The translations under genes and the position numbers were made by a program. A stretch of DNA of 64,000 bases from the human T2T-CHM13v2.0 reference genome, Homo sapiens, in the NCBI RefSeq assembly GCF_009914755.1, contig NC_060928.1; one strand, given 5' to 3'. Below are positions 46,702 to 64,000 of the stretch, piece by piece (positions within the stretch are counted from its first letter, which is position 1; each line of letters starts with the position of its first letter). The notes under the pieces are model-generated. The model had not been told where the DNA came from. It did no database searches and saw only the letters and a list, made by a program, of their open reading frames with translations.

Positions 46702-49700
46702 TGTCAGCAAGAGGGGTGATTAGAAAGTCCTAGAGCTTGCTCTCCATCACTAAAGTCAGCCAAAACAACAAATATCCAACTACTTTTTGACAAAAATAAA
46801 GGAGAGCACCAGAGTATATCAAAGGAGTAACAAAAATTTATGAACACAGAAACTCAGGATGGCCACAGAAAGAATGAAAGGAAACACCTGGCCTCCACCA
46901 CCACATCTCTCAGCCAGGCTCAGCTGGGAACTAGGAAGAACTTTTTCCTGCTGGGGAAAAGGTAAGCAAGAAGATTCCAGCAGCTCCCCCTCAATATCTT
47001 GGACACCTATAGTCCTCACCTCTGGGGTCCCCTGCAGTCCTCATAGGCACTAAGCCCAGCTAAGGGAACTGCCTGGTACACAGTTTGTGTGAGCCGGGGA
47101 GAAAGAGTAAACTTGTATCCTGCCACCAGTGGCCCTCATGGCTACTGCACTACACTATCTTGGAACTGGCACTACTGTTGGTGTGTGTTTTGCTTCAAGG
47201 GTGAGTGGCTACTGTGCCTTTTCATTTCTGAGGCTAAGCTGTCAGTGAACCATGCCTGCCCAGTAGTTCAACGTCGCCAATCCAAGTTTCAAGAAGCTAT
47301 GGCACTTTTCTGTGTGGGGCTAAGTGGCAGTGGAACCTCTCCACTTACCCCTAACAGTTGTGACTGTGGTCTGCCTCTTAGCACCCAAGCTGAAGCTGCA
47401 CACTTCCTTCAGGGAAAACAGTGCCTCAGTGGAACTGCTCCATCTACCCTTCCCAGTCACTGCTGCACCCTGTTTTTAAGGCCTTGAGCTGGATCTGTGA
47501 GCTGCCTCTCAAAAGAAATGGCTATTTGGCAGAGTGACTGCAAAAAAACATTTCCAGTTGCTGTGTAATCCTGCCCCATGGACTGCGAGCTGAAGCCACA
47601 CACTACCTGCCAGGGAAATGGTGCTTTGATAGAGCTATTCCATAGGCCTCTCCCATTTGCTGCTGTCCCCTGTCCCCTGTGTTGGAGCTGAAGCAGTGCC
47701 AGACATCCAGGGAAGCAGTGCTTTGGATGCCCAGAGCAGTCACACACCACATTGCCTTAGCTATGTGGCACCATGCATCCCAGGGAAATGGTGTTTGGGC
47801 TTCCAAGAATAATCACGCTGCTTGGGCTTGAGCTGAAGAGGCACATTGGCCCCAGTGCCTTGGCTGAGCTGAGAAGCTGCACATTCAACGGCTAAGCTGA
47901 TGTAGTATCACACATCCCAGAGAAACAGAGCAGTGGCTAAGCTGAGAAATACTGGCCTCTAGGCCAAACTATGCTAGTATTCCACTTCATTGAAGCTGGT
48001 TTAGCCTCCTAGAGTCTGAGCTGCTGAGACATGTCTCTTTCTAGGGAGTGGAGTCAAGTTGTGTTGCTGCCTACACTCGGGGCGCACATATGCAAGCTGT
48101 GTACTATCATTTTAGGGTTTTGCTGCCACTGCACCTGGCCTAACGAGTGTCTAGAATACTGCCAATTTCTGCCATCTAAGGGTCTAGAGTCACCACTATA
48201 CAGTGCCTCATTTCCTGGGACCCAAATTGTCACTGAGTCCTATTGGCTTTCGTTCATAATTTGCAGCAATATTCTGCTCACCAGGTCCAAACCTTCAGAA
48301 GACATCTTTCCTGGAGTCAAGCCAAGACTGCCCTGTCCTCTACAGTCAGAATTACAACCACAACCTGGCCCTCTGTGCCTGAGCTGCTAGGGGATGTTTC
48401 TGAGTCACAGATCCTGGCTGTTTGGGCAATCTACAGTAAACCCTGCACAGAGAGTGAAACTTCACCCAAGACTCAGGTACCAAAATGGGTTCATAAGATC
48501 CTAAGCCTAAGACTCTAGCTCCACAATCACTATGAGCACATGCACCTGGAACCCATTACCACTACAGCTACTTATAGGCCACGTTGGACCTAACACAGAA
48601 GGGATCCTCTTTGCTGAGTCTCCTCATTTTGGAGAAAACAAAAATAAGAGTACCCCCAAATCCCTTGCTTCCAAGAACTTTAACTACCTATATTCTCATT
48701 GCCACTACCACACATTTCTATAGCCTAAGTCACTGAGATAGCCACAGTTATTGCTGACTTGATCACAGCTGAAGAAGCTGCATGGAGACTATATCACTGT
48801 ATCTACTCATTACCAGAGTCACCATACCCATCTCAACCAGAACAACCCAACTTCAGGTGAAAGTCTTTCTCTATGAAAGCCACTTGTAATGTTTAAAATA
48901 ATCAATTGCTGAACAAGATATACAGACAAAATGCAGGGACAAAAGAAACATGATAAAGTAAGGATATGTGAGATTGTCAAAGGAACACAATAACTCTTCA
49001 ATAACTCTAGGCTTTTAGAAGCAGCTGGGCTACCCTCCAAAGAAAAAGAAGTCTAGAATTCCCAGAAAAGACATTCAAAATAATGACCTTAAGGAAGCTC
49101 AGTGAGATACAGCAGACTACAGATAGACAATTCAAAGGAATCGGGAAAACAGTTTGAAATATAAAAAAGAAATTTTATAAAGAGATAGATATCATAAAAC
49201 AGAACCAAATTAGAAATTCTACAGCTGAAGAAATCAATGAATGAAATAAAACATACATCAGGCACCTTAATACCAGACTAGATCAAGCAGAGGTAATAAT
49301 CTCTGAACTTGAAGACAGGTCATTTGAAATTACCCAGTCATAGAAAAAATAAAAATATAAATATAAAAAGTGAAGGAAGCATATAGGACTTATGGGACAT
49401 CTTTTTAAAAATGCATATATTTGCATTATGGCATTAACAGGAGAAGAAGAGATGGGAAAAGGCATCAGAAATCTATTTAATGAAATGATGGCTAAAAAAT
49501 TCCCATCTTGGGAAAATTGTGGACACCAGATTCAGAAATCTCAAAAGCTTCAAATATATTCAATCCAAAAAAATTTTCTCTAGGGCACAAGAGAGTGAAA
49601 ATTTCAAAAATCAAACACAAAGAAGAAATTCTAAAAACACCAAGAGAAAAGCATCAAGTTACATATGAAGGAAGCCCCACTGGACTAATAGCAGATTTCT

Positions 49701-51274
49701 CAGCAGGAACTCTTACAGGCAAGAGATAATGGGATCACACATTCAAAGTGCCAAAAGAAAAAATATTATCAACCAAGAATACTATATCTAGCAAAACTAT
49801 CCTTCTGAAATGAAAGAGAAAATAAAGTTTTTCCCACACAAACAAAAGTTGATGGAATTTATAACCATTAGACAAGTCTTAAGAGAAAGTTGCTAGACAG
49901 TCCTAAATACGGAAGCAAAAGGACTATAATGATCATCATGAAAACATGCAAAAATAGAAAACTCACTGGTGGAGTAGATACACAGAGGACAAAGAGAGAG
50001 GAATAAAAACTTATCACCACAGAAAACCAATCCATATTGATAAATAATAAGAGAGAAAGAAAGTAACAAAGGATATATACCCACAACAACCAGAAAACAA
50101 TTAATGAAATGACAGGAGTAAGTCCTCATGTATTATTAGCAATAACCTTGAATAATAATGGATTAAATTCTCCAACTGAAAACCATAGACTGGCTGAATG
50201 GATAAGCAAATAGGACCTAACTATATGCTACCTACAAGAAATAAACTTTGTCTGTAAAGACACAAACAGAGTGAATGTGATAGAATATAAAAAGGTATCC
50301 CACACAAACATAAATAAGAAGCAAGCAGGAGTAGCTGTACTAACATAAATTAAACCAGACTTTAGATCAAAACTGAAGAAGAGACAAAAAGGTTACTCAC
50401 TATATACTGATAAAAGAATCAATTCATCAGGAAGATATAACAATTATAAATACAAATACACCCAACACCAGAACACCCACATATATAAAGCAAATATTAT
50501 TTCATATAATTGGAGAGATAAACTCCAATACGATAATAGTGATTTTAACACCCCACTCTCAGCAATGGCTAAATTATCTAGAAAGAAAATAAAAATAAAA
50601 ATAAATCAAGGCCAGGCACAGTGGCTCATGCCTGTAATTCTAGCACTTTGGGAGGCCAAGTGGATCACTTCAGGTCAGGAGTTCAAGACCAGCTTGGCCA
50701 ACGTGGTGAAACCCCATCTCTACATCTCTACTAAAAATACAAAAATTAACCAGGTGTGGTGGCACGTGCCTATAATCCCAGCTACTATGGAGGCTGAGGC
50801 AGGAGATTTGCTTGAATCTGGGAGACAGAGATTGCGGCAAGCAAAGATCACACCATGGCACTCCAGCCTGAGCTACAGAGCAAGACTCCATCTCAAAAAA
50901 AAAATAAAAATAAAAATAAATAAATAAATAAATAAAAATTAAAAAAAATCACTGGATTTAAACTGTACTTTCAACCTAATAGATCTAACAGACATTTACA
51001 GAACATTTTATCCAGCAACAGAACGCAACACATTCTTCACATTGAGGCATGGAACCTTCTTCAGGACATACCATATGCTAGGCCACAAAAAAAAGCTTCA
51101 AGAAATTTTTAGAAATCAAAATATTATCAAGTATCTTTTTCTCACCACAGTGAAATAAAACTAGAAATTAATAATAAAAAGGAACATTCAAAAATGTGCA
51201 AGTGCATGAAAATTAAATGTGTCCCTGAATAATAAATGACAAATAAAGAATTAAGAATTATTTCTTATGCTAAA
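46702..51274 (+). mobile_element. Old L1M LINE-1, 5' part: long 5'UTR, degraded ORF1, start of ORF2
   Basis: Start tgtcagcaaga; ORF1 remnant (VTYEGSPTGLIADFSAGTL); ORF2 start atgacaggagtaagtcc near 50109; continues after 60099. Confidence 0.85.
50610..50948 (+). mobile_element. AluS nested in L1M
   Basis: Full dimer with small indels and A-rich tail. Confidence 0.92.
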
Positions 51275-51662
51275 CATATTAGCCCACTCTCACATTGCTG
51301 TAAAGAACTGCAACTGGGTAATTTATGGAGAAAAGAGGTTTAATTGACCCACATTTCTTCAGGCTGTACAGGAAGCATGATTGGGGAGGCCTCAGGAAAC
51401 TTACAATCAAAGCAGAAGGGCAAAGAGGAAGCAATCACCTTATTCACATGGCAGAGCAGAAGAGAGAGAAAGGGGGGGAGGTTCTACAAACTTTCAAATG
51501 ACCAAATGTAACTCTATCATGAGATGGCACTAGAGGGATGGTGTAAAACCATTAGAAACCACCCCCCATGATTCAATCACATCCCACCAGGCTCCAACTC
51601 CAACACTCAGAATCACAATTCAACATGAGATCTGGGTGGAGACACAGTGCCAAACCATATTA
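51275..51662 (-). mobile_element. MSTA 3' LTR
   Basis: tattag..ctcacattgct.taaagaa...ccaaaccatatta; similar to the split LTR at 53595-53635 plus 59732-60099. Confidence 0.88.
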
Positions 51663-53635
<1,973 letters not shown>

Positions 53636-54538
53636 GAGGAGGAGCCAAGATGGCCGAATAGGAACAGCTCCGGTCTACAGCTCCCAGCGTGAGCGACGCA
53701 GAAGACGGGTGATTTCTGCATTTCCATCTGAGGTACCGGGTTCATCTCACTAGGGAGTGCCAGACAGTGGGCGCAGGCCAGTGGGTGCGCGCACCGGGCG
53801 CGAGCCGAAGCAGGGCGAGGCATTGCCTCACCTGGGAAGCGCAAGGGGTCAGGGAGTTCCCTTTCCAAGTCAAAGAAAGGGGTGACGGACGCACCTGGAA
53901 AATCGGGTCACTCCCACCTGAATATTGCGCTTTTCAGACCGGCTTAAAAAACGGCGCACCACGAGATTATATCCCTCACCTGGCTTGGAGGGTCCTACCC
54001 CACAGAATCTCGCTGATTGCTAGCACAGCAGTCTGAGATCAAACTGCAAGGCGGCAGCGAGGCTGGGGGAGGGGCGCCCGCCATTGCCCAGGCTTGCTTA
54101 GGTAAACAAAGCAGCCGGGAAGCTCCAACTGGGTGGAGCCCACCACAGCTCAAGGAGGCCTGCCTGCCTCTGTAGGCTCCACCTCTGGGGGCAGGGCACA
54201 GACAAACAAAAAGACAGCAGAAACCTCTGCAGACTTAAATGTCCCTGTCGGACAGCTTTGAAGAGAGCAGTGGTTCTCCCAGCACACAGCTGGAGATCTG
54301 AGAACGGGCAGACTGCCTCCTCAAGTGGGTCCCTGACCCCTGACCCCCGAGCAGCCTAACTGGGAGGCACCCCCCAGCAGGGGCACACTGACACCTCACA
54401 AGGCAGGGTATTCCAACAGACCTGCAGCTGAGGGTCCTGTCTGTTAGAAGGAAAACTAACAAACAGAAAGGACATCCACACCAAAAACCCATCTGTACAT
54501 CACCATCATCAAGACCAAAAGTAGATAAAACCACAAAG
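53636..54538. promoter_or_regulatory. L1 5'UTR internal sense and antisense promoters
   Basis: YY1 site CAAGATGGCC at 53646-53655; many retained CpGs; established L1 5'UTR function. Confidence 0.8.
53995..54084 (-). pseudogene. L1 ORF0, truncated to 29 codons
   Basis: MAGAPPPASLPPCSLISDCCASNQRDSVG*; a 1-nt loss relative to consensus ctacgccca brings in TAG. Confidence 0.8.
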
Positions 54539-55555
54539 ATGGGGAAAAAACAGAACAGAAAAACTGGAAACTCTAAAACGCAGAGCGCCTCTCCTCCTCC
54601 AAAGGAACGCAGTTCCTCACCAGCAACGGAACAAAGCTGGATGGAGAATGACTTTGACGAGCTGAGAGAAGAAGGCTTCAGACGATCAAATTACTCTGAG
54701 CTACGGGAGGACATTCAAACCAAAGGCAAAGAAGTTGAAAACTTTGAAAAAAATTTAGAAGAATGTATAACTAGAATAACCAATACAGAGAAGTGCTTAA
54801 AGGAGCTGATGGAGCTGAAAACCAAGGCTCGAGAACTACGTGAAGAATGCAGAAGCCTCAGGAGCCAATGCGATCAACTGGAAGAAAGGGTATCAGCAAT
54901 GGAAGATGAAATGAATGAAATGAAGTGAGAAGGGAAGGTTAGAGAAAAAAGAATAAAAAGAAATGAGCAAAGCCTCCAAGAAATATGGGACTATGTGAAA
55001 AGACCAAATCTATGTCTGATTGGTGTACCTGAAAGTGATGCGGAGAATGGAACCAAGTTGGAAAACACTCTACAGGATATTATCCAGGAGAACTTCCCCA
55101 ATCTAGCAAGGCAGGCCAACGTTCAGATTCAGGAAATACAGAGAACGCCACAAAGATACTCCTCGAGAAGAGCAACTCCAAGACACATAATTGTCAGATT
55201 CACCAAAGTTGAAATGAAGGAAAAAATGTTAAGGGCAGCCAGAGAGAAAGGTCGGGTTACCCTCAAAGGGAAGCCCATCACACTAACAGCGGATCTCTCA
55301 GCAGAAACCCTACAAGCCAGAAGAGAGTGGGGGCCAATATTCAACATTCTTAAAGAAAAGAATTTTCAACCCAGAATTTCATATCCAGCCAAACTAAGCT
55401 TCATAAGTGAAGGAGAAATAAAATACTTTACAGACAAGCAAATGCTGAGAGATTTTGTCACCACCAGGCCTGCCCTAAAAGAGCTCCTGAAGGAAGCGCT
55501 AAACATGGAAAGGAACAACCAGTACCAGCCGCTGCAAAATCATGCCAAAATGTAA
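54539..55555 (+). pseudogene. L1 ORF1p, disrupted
   Basis: MGKKQNRKTGNSK...; TGA at codon 130 (54926-54928, CGA>TGA); remainder in frame to the TAA ending at 55555. Confidence 0.95.
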
Positions 55556-55618
55556 AGACCATCGAGACTAGGAAGAAACTGCATCAACTAACGAGCAAAA
55601 TCACCAGCTAACATCATA

Positions 55619-59523
<3,905 letters not shown>

Positions 59524-59687
59524 CATTGGGAGATATACCTAAGGCTAGATGACGAGTTAGTGGGTGCAGCGCACCAGCATGGCACATGTATACATATGTA
59601 ACTAACCTGCACAATGTGCACATGTACCCTAAAACTTAAAGTATAATAAAAAAAAAGAAAAGCAAAAAAAAAAAAAGAAAGAAAAGC

Positions 59688-59720
<33 letters not shown>

Positions 59721-59731
59721 ACATACCAGAG

Positions 59732-60099
59732 ACTGGGTACTTTATGGGAGAAAAGATGTTTAATTGCCTCACATTTCCACACGCTGTCCAAGAGGCATGG
59801 CTCGAGAGACCTCAGGAAATTTAAAGTCATGGCGGAAGGCAAAGGGGAAGCAGTTACAATCTTCATATAGTGGAGAAGGGGAGAGAGAGAGAGAGAGAGT
59901 GCAAGGGGGGAAGTGCTACACACTTTCAAACAACCAGATCTCATGAGAAATCTATCATGAGACAGCACTAGGGGGATGGTGCAAAACCATTAGAAATCAC
60001 CCCCATGATCCAATCACCTCCCACCAGGCCCCACCTCCAACACTCAGGATCAAAATTCAACATGAGATTTGGGTGGGAGCACAGAACCAAACCATATAA
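59732..60099 (-). mobile_element. MSTA 5' LTR, main part
   Basis: Continues from the L1 TSD (actgggtactttatgg...) to ccaaaccatataa. Confidence 0.9.
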
Positions 60100-60940
60100 C
60101 CTACATCAAACAATTAGAAAAATTTAAATCAACCTAATGATGTATTTCAAGGCACTAAGACAGAAAAAACAAACCAAACCCAAAATTAGTAAAAGGAACA
60201 AGTAATAAAGACCTGACCAGAGAGAAATATGTGAAACTGGGACCAAAAAAAAGAAAAAAAAAAGACAAACATCAACAAGATAAAAACATTGGATTTTTGA
60301 AAAGATAAACCAAATCACCAAACAATTAGGAAAAATAACAAGAAAAAAATGAAAAGACCCAAATAAGTAAAATGAGAAATGAAAAAAAATACATTGCAAA
60401 TGGCACCATGGAAATATTAAGACTCATTAAAAACAATTATGAACATCTATACCCCACACACAAACTGAAATTGGAACGCCTAGAGGAAATGAAAAAAATC
60501 CTGGACACATACGACCTACCAAGATTAAACCAAGAAGGAATGGAAAACCTGAACAGGGCAATTATAAGAAACAAGATGGAATCAGTAATATAAAGTGTCC
60601 CAACAAGAAAATAGCCCAGGAACTGATGGTTTCCCTGCTGAATTCTACCAAGCTTTTAAAGAACAATTAATACCAATTATTTGAAAATTGAAAAGGAGAA
60701 GGTACTCCCACACTCATTGTAAGAGGTCAGCATCACCCTTATCGTAAGGTATTAGACAAGGACACAACAAAATAGAAAACTATAGGCAAATATTCCTGAT
60801 AAACATAAATGTAGAAATTCTCAAGAAAATACCAGCAAACCAAATTCAGTGATGCAAGGATGGGTCAACATACACAAATTAATAACTGTGAAACATCAAA
60901 CCAACAGAAAGAAGGACCAAAAAATACAATTCTCTCAGTA
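60100..60940 (+). mobile_element. Continuation of the host L1M ORF2, 3' part missing
   Basis: LDTYDLPRLNQEGMENLNRAI; ends near 60940 without a 3'UTR or tail. Confidence 0.85.
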
Positions 60941-62724
60941 AAGTGATGAAATTTTGTAAATATGAGTTTCAGATAATGATGATTTTTGTGCTTCAGCATC
61001 CTAAGTTTAGTGAATCAGAGGGCTTAATCACCAGATTTGAAATTTCTTTATAGCATCTTTGACTAGAAACAATATGGCCAAATTTGCTTATTTGTAATAA
61101 ATTTGGTATTTAGTCTTTTAAAATAATTATTCCCACTTGAAAATGATACACTTTTGTTGGAAATTTGTTTTGGTATATGTAGGAGTATTGTTGTCTATTG
61201 TAAATTAATCTACTCATCAATCAAACTATTGAGTGCTGCTACATAAATGGATAAGTGATAAGGGTATATCTCCTAGATGCAGTTATTTGAGTAAAAGACA
61301 AAAAAAAAACAATGATTATAAGACCTTTTGTCTTAATGATACTTTGTGGAATAATTAGAATCGCACTATATCTCCTAGATTTAGTTGGATTTTTAAAATT
61401 TGTGTCAACACATGTTCATTTGGATGCCAACTAGTGATTGAGAGAGATGGGCAGTAGGAGAGCCTAATCAGTTTATTTCCATTCTTAATTTCCAGGCTTG
61501 TTTGATAGCCTTCTTTATATTCTTAATATCTTTAAAGCAAACCATAAAAAGTGCTGTTTAATATTTTAATAAAATGTTCCTCTGGTGGGACAAAATGCTA
61601 CTGCTCTAACCAAAATCCGGTAATTCATCAAGATTTTAGTCATTTTAAGGGTGTGTTATTGATTACTCATGTATAAATGAATTTGCAATAAATTTTCCAA
61701 TAAGTTTAGTATTAAGGTCATTTTGAGTTGTTATTACATATTACCTTGGCCTCTTCATTACACATGGTCTAGCAGTAACAAGTTTAAATATGACACTACA
61801 TTTGATATATCTAAAGCTGTTTTGAAACACATAACTTCAAAAGGGTAAATTTTTTGCTATTAAATTTTTTATTTTCCATTGTATACAATCATACATGGGA
61901 AGAGCTTAAACATGCTTAATTTTCAAAATAGACAACAATTTGGTAATGTAATGATAAATTATGCCTGATAAAATAAAATAAGCTATGTCAAACTCTCCTT
62001 TCCTTATAGGTGATATGTGTGTTTCAAAATAACTATATGTTAAATCTTATTAAATTTTATGAAATACATTGATATTAGTGTCACTTCAAAAATGAGCTTC
62101 TATGAGGTGATACTGCTGGGAAGTACTGTCATGGCATCAACCAAGTGCAGTTGGCAATTATTTGCATTCTGACTGAAAGCACCTTTTATCCCAGTACTAA
62201 TGGGACTAATGAAACATAAGAAACTTCGTTTCTTTAGCTGAGGACTATACTATAATAGAATGAGAGGGGAAAATAAATCTCATTACACTCATGGACATGT
62301 TATGACACGAAAGAATTGCATTTCTTAAAACAAAATCACTTCAGTTTTATCTATTATCTATAAAACCAGATTCTATTGCTTTTTAGTATTTGTCATATAA
62401 TTAACTTATAGAGTTGGCCTTAAAACTACAGGAATATAACAGCTGTAGCTCTAAAAATACAGCTTTTAAATAATTTGTAATTGAGGACTTATATTGATAC
62501 TATTTTTTAATGTTACTTTTTGCACACCAGAAAATAATGAGTAACACCACAGGATTCAGAATCTTAATTTCATTCAAAAATATAAAATCTTTATTAGGGT
62601 TAATTAAAAATAAATAAATAATAATATATTTTCTTCAGCATAAGACACAGAAACCTTAAATAAAAGTTTCTTGGCAAATATTATTTTCTCCCGTGTTTTC
62701 CGAATTAAGCATCACAGCTAAAGC

Positions 62725-63330
62725 TCATTCATTCAGTGAATAAACATTTATTGATCAATTGAAAGTGACTGGTGCTGGCAATAGAGCAATAAAAAAAATA
62801 ATGACTCTTCCTACTAATTATTGCATCCAGTGTCAAACACTCATATTAAATAAATCATAGCTAAAATAATAATACACTCACAAACAGAAATAATACTAAG
62901 ATATAATCAGGTAAAAGTATAAAACAGAGAAGCATGCATAGGTTTATCTTGAAAAATTTCTTCTATTCTGAAATATAAATAATATATAAGTGTTACCTAA
63001 GTGGATGCAGTGACGGGCAAAACAAAGAGCAAGAATAGCACATTCAAAAATACTTTGAAGAGGCCAGTTGGAATGGAATATCAAATGAAATACCAATCAG
63101 AAACCTGGGAGATAGAACTGGAGAGAAAGGCAAGGAGATGAAATCATGCAACGGTGTATTGACCAAGTTAAAGACAGCATATGTTATGCAAAGAGCAATG
63201 GGAAACTACTAGAAGTTGGTTTTTGTTTTTATTAATAGTGGATGTTTGACATGGAAAATGTAAATTTTGAAAATGCTGTTTTAGTTAGAGTATAGAGAAA
63301 TATACAAAGCTGGTTAAGAGGGGACCCATA
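62725..63330 (-). mobile_element. L2 3' end
   Basis: cattcattca..ataaacatttattga terminus followed by purine-rich L2-like body. Confidence 0.55.
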
Positions 63331-64000
63331 ATTTTTCTATCTTTTATGGGTTTTTCTAGCTATCATCAGCATTCCTGTTCTCCTAGAACATTTTCCATCA
63401 GGCTTCCACCACTTGAAATGTAGCATTGATAAAATATTTATCTTTGTATGTTTTGTTTTGCCATGGTAGACATAAGGAGAACACATGGGAATCATTTATC
63501 TCACTGCCAGATGTAAGAGTGGAAAGATATATCTTGGTACATTTTCTGGAGTTTATGGGTTCATGTTATTAATCTCAAGTTGCTTACAGATCCCAAGCCT
63601 ATAGAAAGTGTATAAGGTTGCCAGATGCCTACGTCTAAAATTAAATCAGAGTTGAGAGTTAGGACCATATTTGTAGGGTTTACAATCCAATGTATTCATC
63701 TGTTACAATATGGCTTATTATGAGAGATGGATTATTATGTTGAGAAATTGCAAACACTAAATCTTTTTCAATGCTGGTCAAAACATATTTATTGAGCTGG
63801 GCTTGTGTCGACTGCATTACCTATTCCCTTCCCCTGGTACTGAAATTTTCAGTCTTCACCCATTTTACATTCCTCCAGTGATACTGACACCAAAACTACT
63901 AAGAAGAAGGTACTGTGCTGGCAAACCACTGCTTAATTGCAATTTCTAAATATAATCACGGCAAATGCTTTTTATTTTCCTCTAAAAAAAGGAAATTCTG

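Noticed and set aside
47089-48723. Several 60-132 aa ORFs in a GC-richer block that could suggest a gene or promoter
   Set aside because: Lies within the L1M 5'UTR upstream of degraded ORF1; CpG-depleted; no recognisable protein

Overview
Primate, almost certainly human or great-ape, AT-rich non-coding DNA, densely filled with interspersed repeats. I recognise no host protein-coding gene, RNA gene or CRISPR array. The long ORFs in the track are LINE-1 ORF1/ORF2 pieces, and the short ones are Alu, LTR or low-complexity artefacts. Main content: about 16 Alus, including a pristine AluYc1-type copy; two old L1M elements that host nested insertions; a full-length L1PA2/3 with all ORFs broken, inserted into the 5' LTR of a two-LTR MSTA provirus that itself sits in an L1M; two truncated L1PA 3' ends; a decayed ERV-L-like provirus with RNase H, integrase and env-TM remnants; MaLR solo LTRs; Tigger/Charlie DNA transposons; MIR and L2 fossils. 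The most notable non-repeat signal is a cluster of five perfect TCF/LEF motifs in 186 bp (19629-19814), a candidate Wnt-responsive enhancer, next to a well-formed 63-nt candidate exon. Other oddities are a nested palindrome/tandem-duplication scar (12841-12950), a 26-bp L1 target-site duplication and a perfect 41-bp tandem duplication. Subfamily names come from remembered consensus features, not a database search, and boundaries of ancient repeats are approximate.
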